Below are positions 50,381-59,401 of a stretch of 64,000 bases of DNA, one piece after another (position 1 is the first letter of the stretch; each line of letters opens with the position of its first letter). The notes under the pieces are model-generated. The model saw only the letters and a list, made by a program, of their open reading frames with translations, had not been told where the DNA came from and did no database searches. Origin of the DNA: Candidatus Latescibacterota bacterium (GTDB lineage Bacteria; Latescibacterota; UBA2968; UBA8231); assembly GCA_965243025.1 (NCBI GenBank), contig CBDETY010000003.1:416001-480000 (forward strand), read 5' to 3'. Made by a program: the position numbers and the translations under genes.

Positions 50381-51006
50381 CGATCCGCGTATTGCTGGTG
50401 GACGATCACGAGCTGATGCGCGAGGGCCTGCGCGCCCTGTTCGCGCAGGACGGGGAGTTCGAGGTGGTGGCCGAAGCCGGGGACGCGCGCACCGCGGTGG
50501 AGCTGGCCGCGGCCTGCCGGCCGCACGTCGTGATCATGGACGTATCTCTGCCCGACCTGAGCGGAGTCGAAGCGACGCGCCAGGTCCTGGGCCGGGCCCC
50601 GGAGGTGAAGGTGGTGGCCCTGTCGGTGCACGACGACCCGCAGTACGTCGCCGGCATGCTGGAGGCGGGGGCCTCGGGGTACGTGGTGAAAGGGGCGGCC
50701 CCGGTCGAGGTGCTGCGGGCGGTCCGGGCGGCCCTGGCCGGCCGCACCTACCTGAGCCCGGAGCTGGCCGGCGCCGTGTACGATCAGGTGCAGGCACTTG
50801 CCGGACATCCGGAGCTGACCCTGCGCGAGCGGGAGGTGGTTCGGCTCATCAGCGATGGGCTGACCACACGGCAAATTGCCAGGCAACTGAACCTGAGCAA
50901 GGACACCGTCCACACGCACCGGAAGCACATCATGGACAAGCTCGACCGGCACAACGTGGCGGCCTTGACCAAGTACGCGGTCAGTACCGGGCTTACCTCG
51001 CTGTAG
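50377..51006 (+). CDS. NarL/LuxR family response regulator
   Basis: LLVDDH, IMDVSLP, LTLREREV...HRKHIMDKL. Confidence 0.93.
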   Translation: MTIRVLLVDDHELMREGLRALFAQDGEFEVVAEAGDARTAVELAAACRPHVVIMDVSLPDLSGVEATRQVLGRAPEVKVVALSVHDDPQYVAGMLEAGASGYVVKGAAPVEVLRAVRAALAGRTYLSPELAGAVYDQVQALAGHPELTLREREVVRLISDGLTTRQIARQLNLSKDTVHTHRKHIMDKLDRHNVAALTKYAVSTGLTSL

Positions 51007-51106
51007 CTCCCGTCAAGACAGTCCGGGCTCCCCGGGGTTTTCCACCCACTCCAAACCCCTCCCAAGCGGGCCAATTTCGGCAAAAAACCGGCTTTTTCCG
51101 GCAAAA

Positions 51107-51145
51107 TACCCTGATCAGGGTATGAAAAATCACCCGATCGGGTGA
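51107..51145. repeat. Array of 2 palindromic boxes
   Basis: TACCCTGATCAGGGTA (51107) and TCACCCGATCGGGTGA (51130); period 23. Confidence 0.9.
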
Positions 51146-51649
51146 TACCGAAGCCGCCATTTCGGTGCGATCTTAGATCCAGGACGAACGAAAGATGGCA
51201 TGGTTTTTCGGAAATGAGCTCAGGGCGGAAGAAAGGAGAGGGAAACCGCGAGGATGCACGTTGCTGCCCCGTGCCCCCAAGGAGAAGGCATCTGGGGATT
51301 GGCAGGGATGACTTGGCGCAAGCAATCGGCAGTATGGATCACCTTTCCTCTGGAAAATCGCAAGCGCTTGGTGCCCCTTAGACAAACCAAATGCCCATTC
51401 CCAAGCAGGACACGGAAGTTCAAGCTGGCACGAATGCGACGGTGAAGGGCATTGCAGTTGCTCGCACTGAAACCCTGAAGGGACCTCAGGCACCAAGGTC
51501 TACCCCCGACAGACGAGTCTCCATGCCCATTTTTTCGTGGAGTGCTCGTCCGTCCAGGGAAGGTGCATTTTTGGGTTGCCCTGCCCTAACTAAGCTTAGG
51601 TTGGCCATGAAGCGGTCCTCCATTTGGTTGACTTGAAGGGAAGATAACC

Positions 51650-52603
51650 ATGGTCCTTATCGGTCGTTCTCTAATGGCTCTGGGCCTCCTTCTCCCGCTG
51701 ACAGTGCCATTCGGTGCCCATGTGGGTGATCGTGTGTACCCGATCGCCTACCTCAGCGACGAGACGCTCGAGGAGATCCGGCTCGACGACGGGTCGGTGG
51801 ACGAGTGGTACGAGCTGGTCGGCGAACCCACCATGACCCTGCTGGATTTCACGGAAGAAAATGAAGGTTCGGCACCTGATCCTGCCGACCTTGACTTCCG
51901 CATCTGGCTGGCCTGGCACGACGAACCAGCCCGGTTATATGTGGCTTATGTGGCCAGCGATGACGTATACAAGAACGGACACGATTACAACGTGGATTGG
52001 GCCACATCCTCACGGGATAATATGTATAAATATGACAGCATCATGCTGGCATTCGACGGAGACCATAGTGGGGGTGCTGGCTGTACTATTTGCCCAGAGG
52101 AGTTAGCGTTGGATCTCTCTGGACAAACTCAGAGATATATGGCCGTTGCCCATAGCAATGGTCCGAACTTGGATGACCCGGCCACTAGGTTCTATACCGA
52201 TTCGTTTGCCTGGACAGTGTTGCCCCCCTATGGGGAGGGGAGCGGCCGCGTTGCAGGAGAAGCTCCCGCGATAAGCGTTATCGAGCTGTGGGTTACCCCA
52301 TTCGACCAGAAAGGTAAGGCGTGGGATAGCGTCGAAGATGTCGTTGTCAGCGATCTGGCTGCCGGTAAAATCGTTGGTTTTACGATTGCAGTGCATGATT
52401 ATGACCCACCTGATAATTCCTGGATGCAGTGGAGTCCCGAAGCCACTTCTGACACAGACTGGGATACCTTCTTTACTATATTGGGCTATAAAGCGGATCG
52501 TTTTTTCGATGGTATTCTGCTGCCCGAATTGGACGAACCGGAAGTCTCTGCGATCTCGTCGGATTCTTGGGGACGAATCAAAGCCTCCTTGGAGATTGAG
52601 TAG
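51650..52603 (+). CDS. Secreted CBM9/DOMON-like WGRIK-tail protein (paralog 5)
   Basis: FGA|HVGDRVYP, DGSVDEW, IWLAWHD, DGDHSGG, SAISSDSWGRIKASLEIE. Confidence 0.78.
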   Translation: MVLIGRSLMALGLLLPLTVPFGAHVGDRVYPIAYLSDETLEEIRLDDGSVDEWYELVGEPTMTLLDFTEENEGSAPDPADLDFRIWLAWHDEPARLYVAYVASDDVYKNGHDYNVDWATSSRDNMYKYDSIMLAFDGDHSGGAGCTICPEELALDLSGQTQRYMAVAHSNGPNLDDPATRFYTDSFAWTVLPPYGEGSGRVAGEAPAISVIELWVTPFDQKGKAWDSVEDVVVSDLAAGKIVGFTIAVHDYDPPDNSWMQWSPEATSDTDWDTFFTILGYKADRFFDGILLPELDEPEVSAISSDSWGRIKASLEIE

Positions 52604-52605
52604 CT

Positions 52606-52848
52606 AAGGTAACCGGTTTTCACGTGGTAATTTACGACTACGACTCAGGGGAGGAAGCCAGGACTGCGTGGACGCCCGGAATGACGTATTCGTCGATGCT
52701 TGACGTATTTCCCGATCTGGACCGCTATATTGGCGGCCTTTTGCTGGTTGCATACGGGATAGTAAAATCAGGCGAAGGAGAAGACAGCGCGATGGAATCC
52801 GTATCTTGGCCGTGGATCAAGCCGCCTTGCAGGAGGAGTAAGGCATGA
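52606..52848 (+). pseudogene. Orphan C-terminal fragment of another WGRIK-tail paralog
   Basis: KVTGFHVVIYDYD...YIGGLLL...EDSAMESVSWPWIK aligns with the last quarter of the family. Confidence 0.7.
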
Positions 52849-53719
52849 GCCCTTCGATCTTGGCCGCCTTCCTGTTGCTTGTACTGTTGTTAGCCGATGG
52901 CCCTCCTGCGACAGCCCATGACCGCGGGGGAAGCGTATTCGTTCTTTCCCAGGACGGGGGTTCTCCCAGGCGCGTTTCGGTGGTGGACAGCACGGACATG
53001 CCCTGCTGGATGCCGGACGGCCGGGGCGTCTTGTACGTTGCCCATACGAGCAGGGTGAACGCCTTCCATCTAGTGTCCACGGCTCGGGTTTTACTCTTGA
53101 ACATTCCCATACGTTCCCCCTTCATTAGCGTGGCCGGAGTATCCGCCAAGCCGGGCGGGGCGGGGCGGAAATAGCCTTCGGTAGTGAAATGGAAACCGGG
53201 AGGTGGGACATTTTCCGCATGGGCATCGCGGCCGCAAACGGGCCGGAGCTAATGGTCCCGGACGGGATCTTTCCCGCTTGGTCCCCCGATGGCCAGCACT
53301 TCGCGTTCACCACGTACCGCACGGGCGACATGGAGCTGTTCCTCGCCGACCAAACGGGGAAAAACTTCCGCAACCTGACCAACCACCCGGCCTATGATGC
53401 CCGGGCAACGTGGTCCCCGGACGGTCGCCGCCTGGCTTTCGAATCGGATCGCTACGGCAACATTGAAATCTGCGCCCTTGAAGTGGAAACCGGGGCCGTG
53501 ACCCGGATGACGAACCACCCCGGTGAAGATCGGGAACCGGCTTGGTCCCGCAACGGAGAAATCGCCTTTGCGTCCAATCGGGAGGGCGTGTTCAGCATCT
53601 ACCGCATGGCGCAGGACGGAACAGCTGTCACCCGATTGACCATGGGCAGCCAAGACCGCCAGCCTGCTTGGGCTCCGACCGGCGACAGTCTGTGTTTCGT
53701 TTCTAGGCCGAATCGATAG
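52845..53719 (+). pseudogene. TolB-like (PD40) beta-propeller split at a GGGGC tandem repeat
   Basis: Signal ATA|HDRGGS in 52845-53174; WSPDG repeats in 53189-53719; removing one GGGGC unit at about 53157-53166 restores the frame. Confidence 0.78.
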
Positions 53720-54122
53720 AAAGTCAGAGTTCGATCTAGTTTAGGTGGTGTCCTGTGGCACGAGGGCAACCAGATTTGGCTCCGGTCCTACCGGCACGGT
53801 CTACGCACCCAGGAGATCAGAACAGGCCCCCTGGAGATCAGGCACTGATCGTCCCCGATTCTCCCATCTCCTCCCCGAAAATAGCAGTGGCTTCCACATT
53901 CTCCAGTGTCAGCCATAGATCACGATTCCGAGTATGGAGATTCCGAGTATGGACCGGTCAAGTTTGCCGATGGGTTGCTTGTCCCTGTTGGTGGACTGGA
54001 AACTGCAGTGGAGTCGGCTTCGTAGAGTCGTATCAAGGAAGAGCGCGGTCGAGTCGGTTTCCTGGGGGCGGAGCCCAGGCCGCCAGACTTTATCCGGGCA
54101 AATCCCCGTTTTTCGGAAAATG

Positions 54123-54209
54123 TCACCCGATCGGGTGACACGAATGTCACCTGATCAGGGGACAGAAAAATCACCTGATCAGGTGACAAAAAATCACCTG
54201 ATCAGGTGA
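54123..54209. repeat. Array of 4 palindromic boxes
   Basis: Boxes at 54123, 54147 (one mismatch), 54171, 54194; periods 24,24,23. Confidence 0.95.
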
Positions 54210-54351
54210 TGCGGGAGCCGTCCGTCCGGTGCGATCTTTAAATCCAGGACAAACGAAAGATGGAATGGTTTCGCAGAAATGAGGAAGGGCGGCAGAAAGG
54301 AGAAGCCGCGACGCGCGCACCCGGGCAACGCGGCGAAGGAGTGACCGTATC

Positions 54352-54783
54352 ATGACCATCAGGGTATTACTGGCAGACGACCACCAAATGCTGCGAGAAG
54401 AGGTCAGGAAGTTTCTTGCCGGGCAGGACGGCATGGAGGTGGTGGGAGAGGCGGTCGACGGGGAATCCGCCCTGGAACAGGCGCGCCGGCTGCATCCCGA
54501 CGTCGTCGTCATGGACATCAGCATGCCGGGCGGCGGCGGCATCAACGCCACCCGGCAGATCGGCGCCGAACTGCCCGAGGTGCGGGTGGTGGCCCTTTCC
54601 ATTCACAGCGAAAGGATCTACGTCCAGGCGATGCTCGGGGCGGGTGCTTCGGGGTACGTCGTAAAGGATTCGATAGCCCGCGATCTGGTCCCGGCGATCG
54701 AAAGCATTGCCGCGGGCAAGCGGTATTTCAGCCCGGAGATCGACGGACTCGACGACATCGAAGGAGGGAGCCGGGCATGCTGA
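54352..54783 (+). CDS. Receiver-only response regulator (NarL-type, no HTH)
   Basis: LLADDH, VMDISMP, GASGYVVK, ends shortly after YFSPEI. Confidence 0.8.
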   Translation: MTIRVLLADDHQMLREEVRKFLAGQDGMEVVGEAVDGESALEQARRLHPDVVVMDISMPGGGGINATRQIGAELPEVRVVALSIHSERIYVQAMLGAGASGYVVKDSIARDLVPAIESIAAGKRYFSPEIDGLDDIEGGSRAC

Positions 54784-54872
54784 GGCGCGGTTTCCCGGGG
54801 GCGGATCAAAGCCTCCCTGGAGTTCGTGGGCAATCCAGTCCTGGGTTGCACGGGCCCCCCCGAGGCGAACCG

Positions 54873-56765
54873 GTGACTTCCATTATAAGGAAGGTCCTCC
54901 ATTCCCCGGCTTCCGGTCTTTTTCCCGCATTGCTTCTCCTTCTGCCGCCCCTTGTAACATCCGCCGCCGCGGTCGACTCCCTGGTGGTCGGCCAGAACTC
55001 CCGTCAGGGGGGCTGGAACAAGCTCCGGGAGGCTTCCCGGTTCATGGGTGTCGGCGCCGACTCCATCTGGATGTGGGGGGTCGACCCGGACGCCAACCTC
55101 TCCCTGACCATGGGACAGCGGGAGGGCCGGGTCTTTCGGATCGTACCGGGGTTCCTGGGGCCGATCGGGGTAGAGATAGCAGGGGCCGAGGTGCTCGCCG
55201 ACGGCGACCCTTTGACCTACTACGACGCCGACATTTTTTCCCGGCAGGCTCAGAGGCCCGGTCTCGGACGGACGACCGCCATCCACCTCGATCTCGGGGG
55301 CACCTTCCGCGTCAACCGGATCCGCCTGTTTCCCCGCCTCGACCCGCGCAACCAGCGCCGCTTCCTGCAGGAGTTCTCCGTCGCCACCCACCCGTCGAGC
55401 CTTTACGGCGACTTCGAGGAGCTGTTCTCCTTCTACCCCGCCCTTCCCAACTTCCAGCCGGTGGTCGAGAAGCGGTTCGATTCGCGCGACGTTCGCTTCG
55501 TCCGCATCGCCCCGTCCTCGCAGCGGTCCTGGGAGATCGCCGAGCTCGAGGTCTACGGGGACGGGTCGCTGCCGACGGGGGAATACCGCTCTGAGTCGAT
55601 GCGGGTGGGATTCAAGGTTTTCGGCCTGGTCCGCTACGAGGGCCGGGGGGTCGATTCCTCCCCGGTGCTGATCCACACCCGGGTGGGGCCCGACAGGGAA
55701 GCGGAGTGGTACTTCCTTCTCGAGGAGGACGGGGACGAGATCTACAGGGCGAAGAACAGGGCCGAGTACCTGGCCGCCCCCCCTCACCTGCACGGACCGA
55801 TCCGTCCGAACCCGAACTGGAGCAGCTGGGAGCCGGTGTCGCAGGGGGTGGTGCGCTCCCCGAACCTCGAGACGTACATGCAGTTCCGGGTGCGGCTGTT
55901 CACTCCCGGAGTCCGCCTCGACCGCCTGGTGTTCGAGACGATCTTCCCGCCCCTGGTGCAAAGCGTGGTAGCCGAGGTGAGCCCGGACACAGTGGCCGCC
56001 GGGGTGGAGACGGAGTTTGCCCTGGCGATGCTGGCTCACATGAAGGTGCCTACCTCCGGAAGCCGGGTCGGACGCAGCGATACCGGTTTCGAGCGCATCC
56101 TGATAGAGACCGATGCCCACATCGGGCGGGTGCGGCAGGTCCGCATCGACGACCGCGCCGTGGCTTTCACCTCCCGGCGGCACCCGAACGGCCTGTACGT
56201 CGACCTGCGGCGCCAGGTGGAGCAGGACGGGTCGTTCATCCAGGTGATCTTCCGCGGCACCGTGTACCGCGACAAGACCGCGTTCCGGGTCCGCGTCCTC
56301 GACGACCGCGTGGTCGACAAGCGGACCAGGGACGGCACCGTCGAAATCGAGGAGACGGGGTATCACTTCGCCGCCCCCGGGGACGCCGACGCCCAGACTT
56401 CGGCGCAGGGGCTGGTCGTCACCCTCGAGAAACAGGGGGAGCGCGCCCCGCTGCTGGCCAACTTCGAGGTCGGACACCGGGTGCTGACCCCGAACGGGGA
56501 CGGGATCAACGACGAGCTGAAGATCGGCTACTCCCTGCTGACGGTGACGCGGCCTTCTCCGGTGGAGCTGTTGCTGTTCGATCTCGGCGGGCGCCGGGTG
56601 GCCTCCGTCGAGGCGGTGCAGCCGGTCGGCAACCACCGGCTGTCATGGGACGGCCGCGGCAGGGACGGGGGCCTGGTTCCCCCCGGGACATACATCTACC
56701 GGCTGCGGGTGCGCGGCGACGGCGATCCCGAGGTGCGGCAGGGGATCGTGGGGGTGGCGTACTGA
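54873..56765 (+). CDS. Large secreted protein, discoidin-like N-terminal region + FlgD-Ig-like C-terminus
   Basis: Signal peptide, LDLGGTFRVNRIRLFPR, IAELEVYG, TPNGDGIND...WDGR; start uncertain (ORF from 54777). Confidence 0.7.
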   Translation: MTSIIRKVLHSPASGLFPALLLLLPPLVTSAAAVDSLVVGQNSRQGGWNKLREASRFMGVGADSIWMWGVDPDANLSLTMGQREGRVFRIVPGFLGPIGVEIAGAEVLADGDPLTYYDADIFSRQAQRPGLGRTTAIHLDLGGTFRVNRIRLFPRLDPRNQRRFLQEFSVATHPSSLYGDFEELFSFYPALPNFQPVVEKRFDSRDVRFVRIAPSSQRSWEIAELEVYGDGSLPTGEYRSESMRVGFKVFGLVRYEGRGVDSSPVLIHTRVGPDREAEWYFLLEEDGDEIYRAKNRAEYLAAPPHLHGPIRPNPNWSSWEPVSQGVVRSPNLETYMQFRVRLFTPGVRLDRLVFETIFPPLVQSVVAEVSPDTVAAGVETEFALAMLAHMKVPTSGSRVGRSDTGFERILIETDAHIGRVRQVRIDDRAVAFTSRRHPNGLYVDLRRQVEQDGSFIQVIFRGTVYRDKTAFRVRVLDDRVVDKRTRDGTVEIEETGYHFAAPGDADAQTSAQGLVVTLEKQGERAPLLANFEVGHRVLTPNGDGINDELKIGYSLLTVTRPSPVELLLFDLGGRRVASVEAVQPVGNHRLSWDGRGRDGGLVPPGTYIYRLRVRGDGDPEVRQGIVGVAY

Positions 56766-56881
56766 TGACGGGCCTGATGACAGGCGCAGCAGCCTCCCGG
56801 GCGAAACCACCCGGCCGCCGCATGCCGGGAACAGGGCCGCACCCTGACCGCGGCCGGCCGTTCCAGGCGGCGCATCCGGCC

Positions 56882-59401
56882 ATGAGCCTCCTCACCCGGC
56901 ACTGTCGTTCGATCCTGCTCTGTGTGTTCCTGCTCGGCCCGGCACTGGCGAACGCCCAGGACGGCTACACCGTCGCCGGCAAGCGCCTCATCGTGCGCGG
57001 GGACGGCCACTGGCGGGACTGGAAGGGGGCTGTCGGCGGGCACCTGATCGAGGAGGGGGAGGTGAAGCCGAGATTCCTGCGGCGCGGCATCAACGCCATG
57101 CTGAACGCCACCGACTTCGAGGTGATCGCATCGGGAGATACGGTCATCGGGGGGGTGCGCCTGGTCGGCGCCGGCCGGGAGACCGCGGCCCTGGTCATGG
57201 ACGGCGACCCCTTTACCTACTGGGAACCGGAGGACCCCGACTCGCTGCAGAACTGGTTTATCGAGGTGGACCTCGGGCGCGCCGTGATCGCCGACCGGGT
57301 GCGGGTGAAGTTCGCCGGGGATGGGGCGGGAGACCCGTTCCTGAAGTTCCGCGTGCTGATGTCGAACGGGCGCGCCTCCACCAACACCGCCAGCCGCTAC
57401 GACGCCGAGTTCTACCGCGTCGCCCAGGTGACCCGCCGCAACAAGGAGCAGCGCGAGTTCGAGTTCGAGGTGCCGCCGCAGCGGCCGCTGCCCCCCGGGG
57501 TCGCCGGCGAGGTGGCGCAGATCGTCCGCCTCGAGGCGCTCGACACCGACGGTCCGCGCGGCGAGGAGGTCACCCCGGAGGAGTACGCACTGCTGTCCGC
57601 CCACGACCAGGGGGCGGTCGAGCATTTCCGCGTAACCGTCGCCGGGCGCGAGATCCTCGTCGAGGAGGAGACCTGGCAGGAGCTGCCCGCCGTGGAGCAG
57701 GGCCCGGTCCGCTACTACCGGCACGAGCGCGCGCGCGTCGCCGAGCTCGAGGTCATCTCCCTCGGCGACAACGCCGTCGGCCTGACGCAGCGCCTGCGCA
57801 ACCGCGCCACCGACCTGTTCGAGGATATCGTCCTGACCGTCTCGACCGACGGTCTCTACTCCTCCTTCTACCCGATGCGCCTGTACGACCCGCTGCGCAA
57901 CCGCAACCAGCTCCTCGTCGATCTCGGCGCCAGGTTCTGGATCGACCGCATCCGGCTGCTCAGCGCCCAGGACGCCCTCACCGCATACCAGCTGCGCGTC
58001 TCGGACGGCTCCGTCGACCCCAACGGCAACCGCGTCTGGGAGGATTTCGAGGAGCGCCACAACCGGGAGGCGTTCCTGCAGCTCGAGGAGCGCTTCCCGC
58101 CGCGGGAGGTGCGGCTGATCGAGCTGCGCCGTCTCGAGCTCTCCGGGGCGCGCTCCGAGATCAACCGCAGCCTGAGCGAGCTGCAGGCGTACGGCGAGGG
58201 GTACGTCTCCGAGGTCGTGCTGGAGTCCCCCATCATCAAGCTCGGAACCTCGCGCATCTTCACCGGGGTCTCCTGGGAAGGGGAGGCGCCGGAGGGAACC
58301 CGGCTCGAGGTGCGCAGCCGCAGCGGCGACGACCTGCTGGTGGTCAACAGGTACTACGACCTGTTCGGGCGCGAGATCAGCGAGCAGCAGTGGGAGGAGA
58401 CCTCCGAGCGCAACCGGGGGTTCACGACCACCGAGGAGTTCACCGGCGAGGGCTGGAGCGCCTGGAGCGAGCCGTACCGCGAGCAGGGGGAGCCGTTCCG
58501 GTCTCCCAGCCCGCGGCGCATGCTGATGCTGCAGGCGCGCCTGTCGACCGCGGATCCGCTGCGGGCCGCGAGCATACGGGGCATCGAGCTGGGGCTGGAG
58601 GCGCCGCTCGTCGAGCAGACCTTCGCCGAGATCTGGCCGAACCAGGGGGTGCGCCCCGGAAGGGAGGAGGAGTTCGCCATCTGGATGCGGCCCGAGTTCC
58701 AGAGCGGCGATTCCGGGTTCGACCGCATGCGGGTGCGCTCCTCCTCGGCGGCCCCGATCGAGCTGGTGTCGCTGCAGGCCGGGAACGAGGCGCAGCTGCG
58801 CGGCGGCCGCGGCAGGAGCCTTTTGTCCGGTGGCGCCCGCGTCGAGGCCCTGGAAGAAGGCGGGGTGGTCGTCGAGCTGCCGCGAAGGGTTTCCGGCGGC
58901 GCCCTGCTCTACAAGGCCGGGATTCGGACGAAGGTGTTCCTGAGCGGGACGACGTTCACCGTGGAGCTGCTCAACTCGGAGCGCCCCGGGGTGGTGCAGG
59001 CATTTACCGAAGGGGACGCGGTCGGCGAGGTGCGCAGCGAGTCGATGGTGGTGGTCGCCGACGTCGAGGACGCCCCCATCCTCGAGCAGGTGCGGGCCGA
59101 GCCGGCCCTGTTCACGCCGAACGGCGACGGCGTCAACGAGACCACCCGGATCCGCTTCTCGGTGTTCCGCGTCAAGGGGGAAAGCGACCTGCGGATCGGG
59201 GTGTACGACCTGTCGGGCCGCAGGGTGCGCGACCTCGGCGGCGTGTGGGAGACCCCCAGCGGGGAGCACGCCGTACCCTGGGACGGCAGCGACGACGAAG
59301 GCCGGCGGGTGGGTCCGGGCCTGTACCTGGTGCGCGTCTCGGTACCTACCGACGCAGATGCTCCCGGATCGGGGCTGGCCGCGGTCGGGGTGGTGTACTG
59401 A
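56882..59401 (+). CDS. Large secreted protein, two discoidin-like regions + FlgD-Ig-like C-terminus
   Basis: Signal ANA|Q, EVDLGRAV, VDLGARFWIDRIR, FTPNGDGVNE...WDG; alternative coupled start 56765. Confidence 0.7.
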   Translation: MSLLTRHCRSILLCVFLLGPALANAQDGYTVAGKRLIVRGDGHWRDWKGAVGGHLIEEGEVKPRFLRRGINAMLNATDFEVIASGDTVIGGVRLVGAGRETAALVMDGDPFTYWEPEDPDSLQNWFIEVDLGRAVIADRVRVKFAGDGAGDPFLKFRVLMSNGRASTNTASRYDAEFYRVAQVTRRNKEQREFEFEVPPQRPLPPGVAGEVAQIVRLEALDTDGPRGEEVTPEEYALLSAHDQGAVEHFRVTVAGREILVEEETWQELPAVEQGPVRYYRHERARVAELEVISLGDNAVGLTQRLRNRATDLFEDIVLTVSTDGLYSSFYPMRLYDPLRNRNQLLVDLGARFWIDRIRLLSAQDALTAYQLRVSDGSVDPNGNRVWEDFEERHNREAFLQLEERFPPREVRLIELRRLELSGARSEINRSLSELQAYGEGYVSEVVLESPIIKLGTSRIFTGVSWEGEAPEGTRLEVRSRSGDDLLVVNRYYDLFGREISEQQWEETSERNRGFTTTEEFTGEGWSAWSEPYREQGEPFRSPSPRRMLMLQARLSTADPLRAASIRGIELGLEAPLVEQTFAEIWPNQGVRPGREEEFAIWMRPEFQSGDSGFDRMRVRSSSAAPIELVSLQAGNEAQLRGGRGRSLLSGGARVEALEEGGVVVELPRRVSGGALLYKAGIRTKVFLSGTTFTVELLNSERPGVVQAFTEGDAVGEVRSESMVVVADVEDAPILEQVRAEPALFTPNGDGVNETTRIRFSVFRVKGESDLRIGVYDLSGRRVRDLGGVWETPSGEHAVPWDGSDDEGRRVGPGLYLVRVSVPTDADAPGSGLAAVGVVY

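Noticed and set aside
42748-52603. Diversity-generating retroelement acting on the paralogs
   Set aside because: No reverse transcriptase and no TR/VR pair differing only at adenines was seen; divergence is spread across whole genes.
53924-53953. 15-bp tandem duplication GATTCCGAGTATGGA x2
   Set aside because: Only two copies inside a decayed paralog relic; most simply a slippage scar.
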